A DNA stretch of 64,000 nt from Amphiscolops sp. MND2022. Lineage: Eukaryota. Of the stretch, positions 26,101 to 39,678 are shown one piece after another; position 1 is the first letter of the stretch, and every line of letters begins with the position of its first letter. Made by a program: the position numbers and the translations under genes. Under the pieces are notes generated by a model. The model was given only the letters and a program-made list of their open reading frames with translations, made no database searches and was not told the origin of the DNA. The stretch is taken from positions 35,218,001 through 35,282,000 of the forward strand of contig OZ076409.1 in the NCBI GenBank assembly GCA_964187785.1. The letters run 5' to 3'.

Positions 26101-26658
26101 GAAATATTTCAAACTTCAGAAACATTAACCAGATCTAACTTTGACTAAGGACAACAATATTATTTGATTTATAAGGCATTCTTCTTCAAAGTTATTTGAA
26201 ATTCGTCAGCTAGTCTGGTTCCTAATCTTCTGTAAGCCGTGAACCCAACTCCATTGATAAAAAAGCAATCTAGAAATGAAAACAGACCTCAAAAACCCAA
26301 AGTACCATCTCAAACTTCCAATGTAAGCAAATAAAACAAGAACCGTTATCAAAATACCTGTTAATCCGCCTGAAAGCAGCCTGAGTAAGTTTCATATCGC
26401 TAGCAGCGACGCATAATTTCCGTGCGGTTACAATAAACTCCAAAAGTTAGCAATCTTTTTAATGCTCAAATATAGCAAAGTGGCTACTTCTGTCGACCTT
26501 TTGAGCCGATAATTAGACGAACATCCTTCACATACGAGATGAGCTAGCTTCATTTTAGTTTCACGTTTTACTACTTTGATGCATCTGCATAGCTTTTTAC
26601 TCAATGACATTTTAAATAGTTTTATGTTGTTGTCATCCATGAAAAAGAAAAAACGAAC

Positions 26659-26796
26659 CTTCAACAGTTCCGTTGACGTAGACCTTGGGTCTCTCTAGCT
26701 CCATGAACTCGGAGCTGAGTTCACACGAGATGAACACATCTTCTTCCGGTGATCTAATGATAAGATCGTCGTGTTTGCATGTTATTTCGGGTGGAC
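26659..26796 (-). CDS. Ig-CAM exon 7 (Ig4 N-half)
   Basis: tttcag|PPEITCKHDDLIIRSPEEDVFISCEL...VYVNGTVE|gttcgt; phase 1 to 1. Confidence 0.82.
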
Positions 26797-27313
26797 CTGA
26801 AACATACGCAAAAGAGGCAATCATTAAACTGATTCATCTTTCCGGCGACGTAGGGACCAGGTGCACCATTTTTTGGTGTGTCAAGTTTCATTATTTGCAG
26901 GGTTGGTCAATTTCATTTTTCACCTTAACGTTCACACATGAAAGAAATCAGACAAAATCGAGGAGCAAGAAACTAGAGCCATGTCAAAATGTTTTGCTTG
27001 ACGAGACTAAAAATTGACTGAGAGATGACATCAAGTCATTCCAAAGAACTCAGAGCCATTTTTGACAGCTTTTTTCAAGTCTAAAAAAAACAGACAATGC
27101 TTATGCATGTTCCAAAACAATCACTGTACTAAAAAACAATCATGCCAACCTTCGTTATTTTTGACGAAAATTTCAGTGACTGCTTTAGTTAGCTGCAGAA
27201 CCAAAACTGATGACCAAAACTAAAAATTTGACCAAGATATGGTTCTCCTGATTGTTGCAAACAGTTTTCATCACCTTGATTAAACTTGACTGATGACAGC
27301 CAAACACACTAAC

Positions 27314-27595
27314 CAATAACTTTGACAGTGTAGTCCACGGTGTTTGTGCCGTACTGACAGGTGTACTTCCCGGAATCTTGTTCGACAGGAGAGTCAAAGT
27401 ACACGGTGTAGTCTGTGCGGTAGATTGGCTGTTTGTTCACGTAGTTGTCCTCCATTCGGGGCAGTAACAGCGGGACCCCATCCTTCTTAATATGTACAGT
27501 ACGCTTCTCTCTCGGAATGCAAGTGAAGAAAGACTGCTGGCCGCGCACAAACAGGTATATAGAGGCCATGTCCTTGAAAAACCCGAAAGATGGAT
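27314..27595 (-). CDS. Ig-CAM exon 6 (Ig3)
   Basis: ttttag|PSFGFF...FFTC...KKDG...DSGKYTCQYG...YTVKVI|gttagt; phase 1 to 1; complete Ig domain. Confidence 0.88.
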
Positions 27596-28485
27596 CTAAA
27601 ACGAAGCAACATGTTCTCAAATTCATGTTTTTCATAGCAGAAACTTGAGAACCCGAATGGTTTTTCAACTATCAAACAATAATTGGCACACCCTCAGCAT
27701 TTCTTCAATAATTAAAGTCTGGCTAGAAATTTTCAATTGAATTGGAAACAATAGAAGATAACATCTGCAACGTGGTTGAAAAACATGGGCAAATAATATC
27801 AAGCATAAGATTTAAGACAGCTTCATTGAGTAATTACACTTGAGTCGCTTGTTTTGACTCCATAATACCATATTTCATCTGGCATCGGAGCCCCTTTCCC
27901 CTTTAATACTTTTTAAGCAATGGTTCAACTAAACAAAAGCTGAATCTTGCAATCCTAGTTTTGAAATAGTTGATCGTTCATCTTTCATGTCTGCCGCATG
28001 CGTGTGCATCCAATTGGAAACAAAGACAAATGTTATTGCTTGCATCAGCCATTGAAAATGGTAGAAGCAACAAATACAGTAGGGTAGCAAAAAGCCAAAG
28101 ACACTCGATTTGCGTTTCGAAAAAATATACATATATTCAATATTCAGTTTAACAAAAAAGTCTAAAGAGCAAAAATTTCTCAAATTTTGATCAAAACTTC
28201 AAAGGTATTTTTTGTTTTCGAAAGTTTTGTTCCTGGGACTTTTGTGTCGACTGATTATGTAAAATTTTGATGTGATTTGAAGCTTTTCGTCAGCGGAATT
28301 GAGTGTCTCTAGCTTTCTGGTACCCTAGTCTACAAAGTCATCCAATGTCAGATGGACGAGGTAACAGACAGAGGAAAAATACTCCAGACATTTTCCATGT
28401 ATCAAGAAAAAAGCTGAGGAGAAAAAGTTCAAACAAGAAATGTGCAAATTTTACCCTACTGCGAGAAATAACATAATGAGAAAGA

Positions 28486-28905
28486 ACAAGCCGGGAACGC
28501 CCCATTTAAGGCTCAAAAATAGCAAAAGGACTTGAAAGCGTCAAGTATTCTCTTACACCCGAAAAACCTCAAGGGACCGAACTGGCGCGCTCAAAGCAGG
28601 GACCCTTTGTAAATTTTCAACATCCATTCTGTTGCAAAATATCAAAAAATTGAAGGGACCCTTTGGAAACATTGAAAAATTTTCGAAAAGTCTCAGTGCC
28701 GGAAAAATCTAAAAAAGTTGTTGTCTAAACAATCCTTGTATGTTATGCTAAAAAAAGGAGTAACTATTACAAAATATGGTACAAATGGTAAAATTTGGCC
28801 CCGTAAAATTTTGTAGAACTTTTGTATAACTATTTTGGTCAGTTCGTGTGGATTGAAAAAGTCACTATTATAATCGCGTTTCACTTCATGAAGCGCCTAC
28901 TAAAA
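28486..28905 (-). mobile_element. Family B element
   Basis: aacaagccgggaacg..taaggctcaaaaatagcaaaaggact ... gaagcgcctactaaaa. Confidence 0.7.
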
Positions 28906-30545
28906 ACATCCAGTAATTCAATAATTAAGAAGTGCTGGTTTAAAAATTGATATTTGCAAATGTGAGACTTGTTGATTTCAAATCAATTCCATAAATTATT
29001 CCAAACATTTTACGCAAAGATCAAGATAAAATATGGCCATTTTTGACTAATCTAAAGACAATGTATAAAAACTAACTCTAGAAGTCCTACAAAAACAATT
29101 GAGTTATCTTTCGCGGGAGTTTCATCAATCGCGTTTCAGCAGCTGCAAATGTAAATTTAAATACCGATATAGACTATGATTTCAGATTTTAAAATGGTTC
29201 ACTCTACAATAAAACTGGTGGAAATTTCAAATATTAGAATCATTAAGAGGAAACATGGACTCAACACGGATGCCTGTGATAGATTGCGACGGACTTTCCA
29301 ATGCAGCAGGAACTACGTTTACTCATAACTAATGCTGGCGCTCGGAATAATTCTTCATGTCTATCAGCTCAAAGAAAACTTTTAAAATCCCAATATAATT
29401 AAAATGGTGATGAATGCAATGACAGAAAAACAAAAGCATAAGATGACAACCAAAAATATTGACCAGCCCACCAATTTTCCTTTGAAAAATTTTAACGCAC
29501 ATCATTTTGTTCAAGTATGCGAAGCGACCTGTTTTATGGTCATTATAATGGCAACAAAAAACCCAGCATGAAGTGTATTGTGGGAAAAGGTATATAATAC
29601 CTCAAAAAGAATGACCCAAACAACAGCTTCACATAAATATGTGATCACCCACGATCTGTGTTAGTGTGAAAAATGACACGTCTTTAAAACAATCATCAAA
29701 ACATTTGCTGAGTGAAGACTAGAACCAAAACTAAAATTAGAATAGGAATCATTCGGTCTGTTGAATAAACAGACAAGTTTGAACATATTGAAAACTACCA
29801 GCAACGGAATAGATGTTAGGGATTACGTAAGCATTACTCACATCTTCCTGTAAATTAAACACTTCATTATGAAACTCACTGTTAGTTCCTGTGAGTAAAT
29901 GAAGAGCAAACGTTAGTTTGAAAGGCGAAACTCTCAGGATGACAATTCACAAAGACTAACATGAAAAAGTCATGACTATGTGCAATAGAAACAATAGTCA
30001 GAAAGCGAAGTGCTTCAAGATTTCGGTCTAACTAATGTTTCATGCTTTTTCCACTAGAATCAATGCCACAATTTCATATCAGCAACTACGTGTGCAATTT
30101 CAAAAATAAAACGATATTACTCTTGGTTTTCTTCTCTAATTTCAACTGACTTTTGGCGTTATGATTTGATGCACAGATTTTATACTAGCTTATCCATGGC
30201 CAATTTCATAGAAAGCGTCAAAAATAGTTTCTTCGTCAGTTTTTCTATATTATTACCATGAAATTTCCATTTGCAATTATGTTAAAAATGGTAAAAATGG
30301 TAAAAAATGGTATTCATTTAAAAAAATTCACAGAAAAGTGAATTTCAAAGAATAAGTTGAAAAATTGTGTTAACTGGAAAGCTTCGTAATGATTTGCTTT
30401 AGGCATTAAGAAGCAAAAGGGAATGTAATTGCATTGAACGGTGGTGGTCTGGTGATCATAATTTGAGCTGGATTCTTCAAACATTAGTTCTAAATAGAAT
30501 AGCCAATATGACTTTGGTGGGAACAAAAATAAGGCTTGAACGAAC

Positions 30546-30726
30546 TGTCAAGAGGCTGGTTTCCAACACTGAACTCCACGGTCTTGTAGGGAAAGTCCAC
30601 TTCAGTGGCGTATTCGCGGAACTTCTGTTCGATTGTGCATGCATCCATGGGCACTGGTTGGAGAATGTACAGGTCGCTATTGCTGCCGATCACAAATCGA
30701 CCATCCTTGAAATTGCGGTCCTCTTT
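30546..30726 (-). CDS. Ig-CAM exon 5 (Ig2 C-half)
   Basis: ttgcag|KEDRNFKDGRFVIGSNSDLYILQPVPMD...GNQPLD|gttcgt; phase 0 to 1; D.R.......DLY resembles L1/contactin Ig2. Confidence 0.78.
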
Positions 30727-30865
30727 CTGCAAAAACAACCTCAAAATGTCCAAAACTATGTTAGTATGAAGCTATTCTTTGCAAAGCGGCATTACTGAAC
30801 GACTGATAGAAAAATTAATGAAGGTAATGATCGGTAATGTCCAATTTTTGATCGACCGTTTATGC

Positions 30866-32858
30866 TAACAAGACGCCAGCACTTCCCCAAAATCAAAAAA
30901 TCCACGAAAACATTCAAAATTGCATGAAATTGTCAAAAATTGAAAACCCCGTATTAACTTTGGGCACATTTTTTCACAAGTTCAAATATCCCCACAATTA
31001 CACGATACCAATATAAGTTTTCGTCGTTGAATTCTGTGGAAAAACATCTTCTCTGGGTATAAAATTGGCACATAGAAAAAGTTAATGAAAGCAAAATTAA
31101 TTTCTCAGTTGCGTATTTCTTCCCTAATTAGGGAAAGACCAGGGTGGCCAACTATTTTTCCAAAAAAAAATCCGCCCACAAGAAATTTAAATAACAATGA
31201 TTTAAGTCATTAAGCGCTTAGAAAAAACTATAATTGGAGTTCAAACTCATTTATTGAACATTGAATTAATAACAGCTGATGAAGTTGCGGCATTGCGAGT
31301 TTGAGAAGATGCCATTTGTTCGCTAAGCCTCTTGCGTTTAGCTTGTAGCTCTTGGAGCACTTTCAGCCAGGGAAGCGTTGTTGCCTACCTTTTCAGTCAT
31401 GTCGTTTTTTGTATTCTGACGCGACTTTTGCCATAAAGTCGTGAAGACGTGCAGGAATTGCAAAAGTTTCAAAATTTTCTTCATTGAAAAAACCTCTGAT
31501 GATTCTAATCCTCTATGACTCCGGTCAGCATTAAAGTTTGATTGATAAGGAGATTCTTGCGTTTTGATCATAGAGATGCTGCTTTCAACGGTCATATTCT
31601 GCGAACAATGATTGATTTGTTCACAAGTTTCCTCAATGCTGGAAAATCATAGAATTTGTTCTCGCGATATAGTTGCAACAGTGATAGTACATTCAATTTC
31701 TCAAGAAACGACGAAAAGGATTCCTGAAAACTGAGAGCACTTTTCAAGTAACCTTCTGGTTTTGAAAGTAGTTCCTTTTGAATCAAATTCACTTGATGAG
31801 TGCCACATCCTTCCAAATCCACCATCCATGGGGCTTCATCTCTGAGAAAAGAGACTGTCCCAGAATCTCGTCCGCACATTGCATTTCAGTTATCGCTCAT
31901 GAAATACACTAAGTTTGCTGTACTCATTTTTGTGATTTGTCAGAACGGTTTTCACTTCATTCACAATTTTCGATGAAAGCAGAAGTTTCACAAGTTTTCA
32001 ATGACTGAATATTGCTTTCCAAGAAATCATTAATGTCCACATCAACAGATAACTGGCTGGTGAATAAATATCTTGAAGTACGATCATTATTATCAACGAA
32101 TGTGACACGAATCTCAAGACGCACTTTTCCATTGTAAGTAGTTTTGTCAACATAGAGACTGTGCAATTTGTCAGAGAGGGAAACAGTAAGTTCTTCCCGA
32201 CAGAAAGGAGCTATCGCTTTAAAAACAAAATATGAGGCATTAGTCCTACCACAGCGGATGGCCGATAATTGGCTATCTGGAAACATTTTTCAATACAATC
32301 CCCTTTTGGAGGAGAACGGATCACTGAAACAAAACGACGCCCCATCCAAAACTATCTTTTGTTGCTTCTCCTGAAAAGATAAAGCATTGCTAACACTGGC
32401 GATAATAGGTGGTTGAGAAGGCAATGCTCCTACAGCTCTAATGTTTTTCACATTCCGAATGTTTTTTCAGGTCTTTTTGTCCAGAGGACACATTGATAAT
32501 TTTCTGATCGTAACGACATTTGGCGTGAGATGGTTGGCCTGGCACAGGCAGAGCCCAGAGATACGAAGTCTGAATTTCCGAAGTCAAAGTACACTTGCCC
32601 ATTTCCAAAATCTGGAAAACGAAAGTCCACTAAGCACAATCATTCACGAAATTAGAAAGAACTAATGATGTGAAGTGAAATCAAGTAAACATCATACTGC
32701 ACACTCTCTTTCAAGCCTGAGCAGTTAAGGATTTCTGAACTAGGCGGAAATTCTGACAAATTCCGACTGGTCGGAGATATCCGACCAGTTGGTTACTCGG
32801 GAAAGACGCAATAGCGATTAATTTTCCTTTCCCATATACAATATGGGAGGAAAATGTA
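30866..32858 (-). mobile_element. Degenerate family A-related element interrupted by a hAT
   Basis: 3'-type end aacaagacgcc at ~30867 and 5'-type hairpin ttttcctttcccatat..atatgggaggaaaa at ~32822-32854. Confidence 0.45.
31140..32799 (-). mobile_element. Decayed hAT-superfamily transposon with transposase pseudogene
   Basis: Imperfect TIRs cagggtggccaact / agttggttactcg; 8-bp TSD ggaaagac; fragments MFPDS..CGRT..Y, SLYVDKTT, MCGRDSG and GCGTH (CxxH) in broken frames. Confidence 0.8.
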
Positions 32859-32882
32859 GTTTCATTTCATTATTTCATCAAT

Positions 32883-33185
32883 AAACAAGCCGGGAACGGC
32901 CCAAGTCTATATCTAAGGCTTACCAAATTATGTGAAATTTGGGGGGGGGGGGGGGGGGGTCGAAAAAATATTTTGGGGAAAAATGAAAACGTTACATCCG
33001 AACTTTGAAAAGGTTACATCCAAACTTTGAAAACGTTATATCCGAATTTTGAAAATGTTACACCCGAACTAAAATATCTCGGCTAAAAAGTTGAACAAAT
33101 GAACAAAAAAAGTGGACCATTCAGGGTGTACTGAAAAATAAAAAACTACCCACTGTATCCTTAAGGGAAAAGGCGTCGACTACAA
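32883..33185 (-). mobile_element. Family B element with internal G-run and 22-bp tandem repeat
   Basis: aaacaagccgggaacggcccaagtc ... aaggcgtcgactac; G19 at 32941; gaaaa(c/g/t)gttacatccgaacttt-like unit x4. Confidence 0.7.
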
Positions 33186-33528
33186 ATATTCTGACTCGGG
33201 CGTTTTGAATTCGAGCATGACACCGTATTCACTAGAGAATAAAACGTATATCATTCTTATGTGAACGTCCACTAAAATTTTCAAAAAAGCTCCTTATCAT
33301 GCAATATACCACCACTTGATCAATATGTCGAACATCATAATAAGAAATTCACGCGTATTTCGGCACATTTGTCGAAAAAACTACTGATGTCATGACACTG
33401 TTGAATTGAGATAATGATGAAACGGCCACATCTACATCACTGATTTTCAACTGTACATGTAGCCATGTATTAAATGGAATGCAAAAAAAGGACCGCGCGT
33501 ATTGAATGGAAACAAAGCTCAGTATTAC

Positions 33529-33689
33529 CTTGAGCAGACGAGGCGTGATTTGGTTGGCTTCGGTTATAGAGAAGGATATCTCGACAGGTAAATCGTTGTC
33601 TTGCAAGGGAGGAAATCCGAACGAGATTTTCGTACTCTCTCCATATGCCACTTGTTTCCGACTAATTTCTTCGTTCCTCTTTCTTTGCC
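33529..33689 (-). CDS. Ig-CAM exon 4 (Ig2 N-half)
   Basis: ttctag|QRKRNEEISRKQVAYGESTKISFGFPP...PRLLK|gtaata; phase 1 to 0; inside ORF 33349..33726. Confidence 0.78.
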
Positions 33690-33974
33690 CTAGAAACACA
33701 GCTCTCATCACTACTGCCCATTTCAATTTTTCAAACGCGACGAAGTTTGAATCTGCTTGTTACCAGACAAACTACTGAAATCTATCAATTATTGCAATTC
33801 TAAAAGGAAAGGAATATTGTAGAATTTTGCAGAAAAAATCGAATCAGACCGTTATAATTAAAGATATAAATAAACTGCAGAGAAAAATAATTTGAAGCAC
33901 AACCGCTTACTGAAAACAAAATGCCATCCTCGGTAGTTCACCCGGGAAATGATTTTATAAACTCCACATAAATT

Positions 33975-34231
33975 TCGAAAAAAAGTCCCACAATGCCGAA
34001 AAAAACTGAAAGGGAGGACCCTTTGGTCTCGTCCGGTATTGTATGTTACGCGGGAAACCTTTTTGGTTCAGTTCCTTGGACCACCAGGTACATTTTGGCG
34101 TCTTCTGTAAATTTTGTAGAAATTTTGGTAGAACTATTTTGGTCAGTTCAGGTCTATTTTGGTCTTAAAAAACACTGACGAAAAGCCATGACTATAGTCG
34201 ACTCTTTTCTTAAGAAAAGCGCCGACTAAAA
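33975..34231 (-). mobile_element. Family B partial copy
   Basis: Near-identical to 49085-49333; ends gaaaagcgccgactaaaa. Confidence 0.75.
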
Positions 34232-34424
34232 ACGGCTCCAAGAAGGTATTTTGGTTCAGTGAATATCGTACCCTTGGAATTTCAGCTCAACCTTCAGTTC
34301 TGTGAAATAATTTTCCAGAATTTTCATTTTGGAAACTTGACAGAAGAAAAAACTCTGCATTCCAGTCGAATTATTCGCAGACGCTGGGAATCTTTTGGTA
34401 GTAACCAAAACTTCTGCCACTAAC

Positions 34425-34630
34425 TTGGTTCGACAACTTCTGTGCGACTACTGGTAGACTGTCCGTACTCGTTTTGCGCTGAGCACCAGTAATAGCCACT
34501 GATATTGCTTCTTTTCTCCCAGTTGGACTCTAGGGTAAGCACAGACCCCCGCACTTCGTAAGACCCGTCATTGCGGTTCTTCAACATTCTGCCCAAACCG
34601 TCTTTTGTCGGTGAGAAATACCAGTTGTAC
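34425..34630 (-). CDS. Ig-CAM exon 3 (Ig1 C-half)
   Basis: ttttag|YNWYFSP...GSVLTL...SGYYWCSAQNEYGQSTSSRTEVVEP|gttagt; phase 2 to 1; canonical Ig Trp and GxYxC motif. Confidence 0.88.
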
Positions 34631-34878
34631 CTAAAACGAAATCAAACCAATCAGCCCATGTCCAACATTGCCAGTTTTGAGTCAAAACAGCGAAATCATA
34701 CGTGAGTGAAAGTGTTTGAAAGTCAATTGATCATTCACTCCCAGCTTTTAGAGGTACTATGGACTATTTTTTCGGATGATATTGTAACTTTTTTCATATA
34801 AATATACCATGGAAACTACAAGAGTGTAGAGCAGAATGTTTTCCGCATTATTCATAATAATCAATTCAATCACATTTA

Positions 34879-37431
34879 TTATTTTCCGCCCATATTTCAT
34901 ATGGGAAAAAATATTTAAATCAAACGGTTTTTTTTAAAAAAAATTGCCAAGCACGAAATTTATATTCACATTAAAGGGTGTTACCCATAGAATTCAACTC
35001 ACGTAAATTTAGCTTCGTGCGATATGTATTTGTAGAGATTTTTGGACTTTTTTGGGAATGACGAAAAAGACCCCATAATGACCCCGAAAATGACAAAAAT
35101 TCACAAATTTCAACGTTTTTATGCAACTTTTGGCATTTTTCGAAATATATCGTGGAATAGAATCTTGAAAACGTTCAACAGAGCACGAGTTCGTTGTCCA
35201 ATAGTCTTTTATGAAGAGATAATTGCGGTTTTCAAGTTAAAAAGCATCTCAAATTGGCCCCGAAATAGACAAAAAACCCAAAATTTTCCAGTTTTCAAAG
35301 TATTTATGAAATTTTTGTCAAATTTTTGATAGACTTCGTGGATTGGAATGTTGAAAAAGGTCATTAAAGTAAGAATTTGTTGTACAGTAGTCTTTTATGA
35401 AGAGATAATTGCGGTTTTCAAGTTAAAAAATATCTCAAAATGGCACCGAAATAGACCCAAAACTTTCAAACGTCCAAAGTTTTTATGCAGTTTTTGTCAA
35501 CTTTATGACAGACTTCGTGGATTGGAACGTCAAAAAGGGTCAACAAGCAAAGAGTTTGTTGTCTTGTAGTCTTTTTTGAAAGAGAAAATTGCGGTTTTCT
35601 AAACGAAAATTATCTCAAATTGACATCCAAAATGAAAAAAAAACCCAAAATTTTCAAATTTTAAACGTTTTTATGCAGTTTTTGTCAAATTATCGATAGA
35701 CCTCGTGGACTAGAACGTTAAAACCCCTACATAATGGAAAGACCCTTCGCTTCAGCGAGCTTTCGTTGAGAGATAAATACAATTTGTAACAGAAGATGAC
35801 TCAAATTGACTCAGAAAATGTCGATAATTTTTGTTTTTGTCGTTTTGATGCAATTTTGTACATTTTCCGAGAGCTTTTGTTATAAGTTCTAGCACAGTCA
35901 AAACGAAAAAACCGAAAGCTATACAGTACATTATTTGAAGAGTACGTTGCAGCGTTTTGCTTCATAAACACTCCAGAATGACTCCAAATGAATCGAAAAA
36001 TCAAGAGTTGAACATCTCATTTTAATGCAACTTATATGTACTTTTTGAATCGTTTTGAAGTCAGAATGTAAGCAAACGTTCAACAATGATTGAACCCATA
36101 ATCCAGTAGGCTCACGAGAAAGAATTTGCAGACTTCGGTTGGAAAATGGTCAAAATTGACCGCAAAAAGTCGAAATTTTGCCTATTTCTGACATTTCCAG
36201 TGAATTTTTGAGACAATTTTATTTTAGAAAAGTTTGACAATGAAAAATTATAATGAAAGATAAAAGCTTCCAAAAGTTTAACATGATAAAATTAGGTCTG
36301 CAGCACGTTTTTGGAAGAGAAATTTGCATATTTTATGGCAGAAAGTTTCCTCAGAATGACCCAAATAATGCAAAAACTGAGAAGTTTCATTTTTCAAAAC
36401 ATTTTATGCACTTTTTGTACAACTTTTAGGCTACTTCCTTGCATAAAGAGGTTTAAAAACTCAGTAAAGACTAAACCCGGTATCCAGTAGGCATTTTTGA
36501 AGATATAACTGCAATTTTTTTGGAATTGGCCTCAAAAACACCCCAAAATCCAACAAACTGCAAAAAAGCACGTTTTTTGCTGATAAATGAATCCAAATTT
36601 TTGTTCAAACCACGAAAGTTTTGTGGAACAGAAATTCCATTTGCCTGAACGTTGAAACAAAAAGGTATTCAAAACGCAATTTCGGAATGAAAGTACGATG
36701 AATTTCTTCGAGTTTACAACAAAGGGGTCAATTTCCGAATTTTCTCAATTTTCGACAACCAAGCAATTTTGGAACCTTTCCAGAAATTTACTTCAATCAG
36801 AAAACCCATAGTCTCAGGATTGAAACGTGTAACTGCCGGTAGTGTTTCGGAAAGATATCACACAAGGTTTTGTGCACAACTTTCAAAAAAATTTATTTGA
36901 AAACGTAAAATTCTTTTTCGACCTTATTTGTGAAATATTTAATATCCAAAAAGCTCCAAGCAAAATCACTGAAAATGGAGTAAAACTTCAAAGGGAAAAT
37001 GTTTTTGCAGTTTCCCACGTAGGAAGAAAACCTGAGAATGACCCAAATACAAAAATGAAAAGAGGCATTTTCCACAATCATCAAAAAACTCATCCAAAGT
37101 ATCAAAAGCAACAAAGAGGTCACCCCCAAGACTCGGGAACCTTATTTCCTTTACAGAAAACCTCAAAAACTAAAATTTGAAGAAAATGTTTTTCGAAAAT
37201 TGTCTTCCAAAAGTTTCTCTTCACGCGGTAAGTCGCATAGTGTCAAAAATACAAAATGTGGGCAGCTATTGCAGAAATAATAAATTAGGTGTTGCCTTTA
37301 AAAATGGACTAAGATAAATCAAAGCTTCGAACTTTTTTCATAGTGCTTTGGCTATTCTTGGGCCTCAAATTTATATAGTTGTAGACCAGTTAGGGGCGGA
37401 AAATATCTCACTGCTCAGCGGGCGTCTTGTT
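34879..37431 (+). mobile_element. Helentron-like element, family A, copy 2 (both ends present, degenerate ~180-bp array)
   Basis: subTIRs tattttccgccc / gggcggaaaata; 3' hairpin followed by cgtcttgtt; monomers at about 35140, 35328, 35507 and 35695, decaying rightwards. Confidence 0.75.
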
Positions 37432-38161
37432 GAAAACTAGTCCTGATGAGTTGAAAACGATAGACCATTAGCCGAATAAATAAACATCGCTCATTGTTCC
37501 AAGATCAGTTTGAATGAATAGAAGTTAGATGGCACAGCTAAGAAGAAAAATCAAGGGTGTCTAGAAATTGCCTGTTGAAGGTGATGTATGCTTCAATCAG
37601 ACAATGAATGTTTGAGACTGACATGTCGACTTTTGTGCGACTCAAATCTCTGGACTCCAATGTCAGTGTTTGACACAGGAAGCATTTCACATAGGCGTTG
37701 CCTGACTATACGACAGGAACCTCAAGCTAAAAATCGGCCCATTTAGGGCTCATGAACAATTCTGCAAATCTTAAGTTTAGAAAGTTCAACTATCCTTTCC
37801 GCATACGTTTCCGAGATACTTTCGATTTCCAAAAAAAATCTTAAGTTTTTGATATTTGCGAAAGTGCAAACTTAACAATTGACTGAAGGCATCAAAATAT
37901 TGGATTATAGGCTGGGGCACATACAAACTCCTCGATCCGACCCGTCACCTGGACCATGATCAAACCGTCACCCGAAATCCGTATTTTGAAAAATCAACCC
38001 GTTAGCTGTTCAGGACTGAATGTGCACATGCCTTAGCGTGACGCGCGACGTTTGTTATAGAATATCATTAGTTTTTTCTGATTCGTTAATACATGAATAT
38101 GCGTATATGATAAATATAGCATCCTTAGTACTCATAGCACTCATTTCAGAAAACATGATGC

Positions 38162-39678
38162 CAGGGCTGCAATGTTATTTAACAAGCAAATGAATAACTG
38201 TTTATGTAAATAATTAACACTTGTAACCTATTTTCAGTAGTTTGTTTTGGCCTACGCGTTATGCCGGATTTTTGCTTATTGCAGATTTCGAGATGGGATG
38301 CAGAAAGCGGAGTTTGGCATCAACATCGACGGGGTGACTCGAGCAAAATGTGACTTCTGCAATATGGATCTAGTATTGAATCCAGAGCGGATGCAAAAGC
38401 ACTTGGACAAATGTGCTGCCAACAACACCGAAAAGGATAAAGCTGGGCCGTCTTCGATGAAACAAACGAAACTATCGGTGCCGTCATTTTCAACTTCCAA
38501 ATCTATGCAACACCAGATCGAGCTACATGGTAGCCTTAAATACAGCATTCCTGCAGGCGGAAAACAAACAGTTCGAAAAACTTTTCACGATGCTTCGGCC
38601 AGGTACAAAAATCCCTAATCGACAGAAAGTTTCCGGCCCGCTCCTGGACGAGGCTTACGGAGAAGAAAAGCCAAAAGTACCGAACTTTGTCAGTGGGTGC
38701 AATGCAGCGCTGGCACTTGACAGCTGGTCCACAAGATCGAATGACCCTATTATCGGAGTTTCGATCATAACATCGTCCAAAGCGATTCTAGTCAATACTG
38801 TTGACACCACTGGCCATCCTCAGACTATCGACTATCTGGTAGAGTTCTTCCGCGAGCAAGTGGAAATATGCGAGAAAGAGTGGAAAGTCAACATTACTTT
38901 CTTGATAACCGACACGACGATGAAGAGCACAAATCAGATATAGATTTATGGAGGACCCGTTGAAACTAACAGTTACCGATTTACTGGAAATTTTTACACC
39001 CATAGGAATCGGTCTCGACATACTTCAGAGCGACACGTGTACAGTTGGCAGTGTCTTCCAAACAGGGAACGAAGTATGTGCGGGTTCGTCGGCTGAGTAA
39101 AGCACACAGCGTGTGTGCTGAAAAAGTAGCAGAACGTGCGATAGCCGCTCTCACTCCTGAAATCCTCTGGCTGCCAATCTCCTCGACCACCGATAGGGTG
39201 GAAAAGACTTGGAAACTGCAGGTGGAAGGAGACTCCAGGTGGAAACTGCATCAGCGATCGAGTATCTGAACGAGATTGACAATGGCATTATGGGTGATGT
39301 TACCAACTACATGGCCAAGGAGCCTCCATATGCAGAAAATCTTTTCGGAGAGAGTTATTCTGGGGTCAAACCATCTGTATGGTGGAAGACTGGGAGAAGG
39401 CATGGATTCTCTGACAAGCTTTGTGAGATTGCTGAGTCCCTCGTTGGGGGAATGCCTCCAGTGCCGGCCTCGAACGGCAATTCTCCACGCTAGGGATGAC
39501 TTACGGGAAATTGAGAACAAGCCTTGGACCGGAGAAGGCCGGAAAATTGGCGTTTTTCTACAAGGAATTGAATTGTTCCTGATCATTCCGAAAAAAACAC
39601 TTTTCTAAATAAAAACATTTTTATCGTAAATAACTTAGTTTGTTATTTATTAAAATGGGTAACATTTTAACAGCCCTG
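38162..39678 (+). mobile_element. Decayed hAT transposon (BED finger, catalytic core and dimerization-domain remnants)
   Basis: TIRs cagggctg / cagccctg; TSD catgatgc/catgatat; CDFC..KHLDKC, LALDSWS, VWWK and ERQFSTL in shifted frames with internal deletions. Confidence 0.88.

Noticed and set aside
25532..26640. Extra exons between exons 7 and 8
   Set aside because: Exons 7 and 8 already join in phase into one Ig domain; candidate segments lack Ig motifs or compatible phases
30314..30545. Frameshifted extension of exon 5 (LFPPKSYW...)
   Set aside because: A phase-compatible donor at 30545 joins cleanly to exon 6
32941..32959. G19 run as a functional G-quadruplex
   Set aside because: Lies inside a single repeat copy; likely slippage, and homopolymer length is unreliable
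33675..33689. Furin site RQRKR between Ig1 and Ig2
   Set aside because: P4 is Q, so it does not fit R-X-K/R-R; at most a dibasic site
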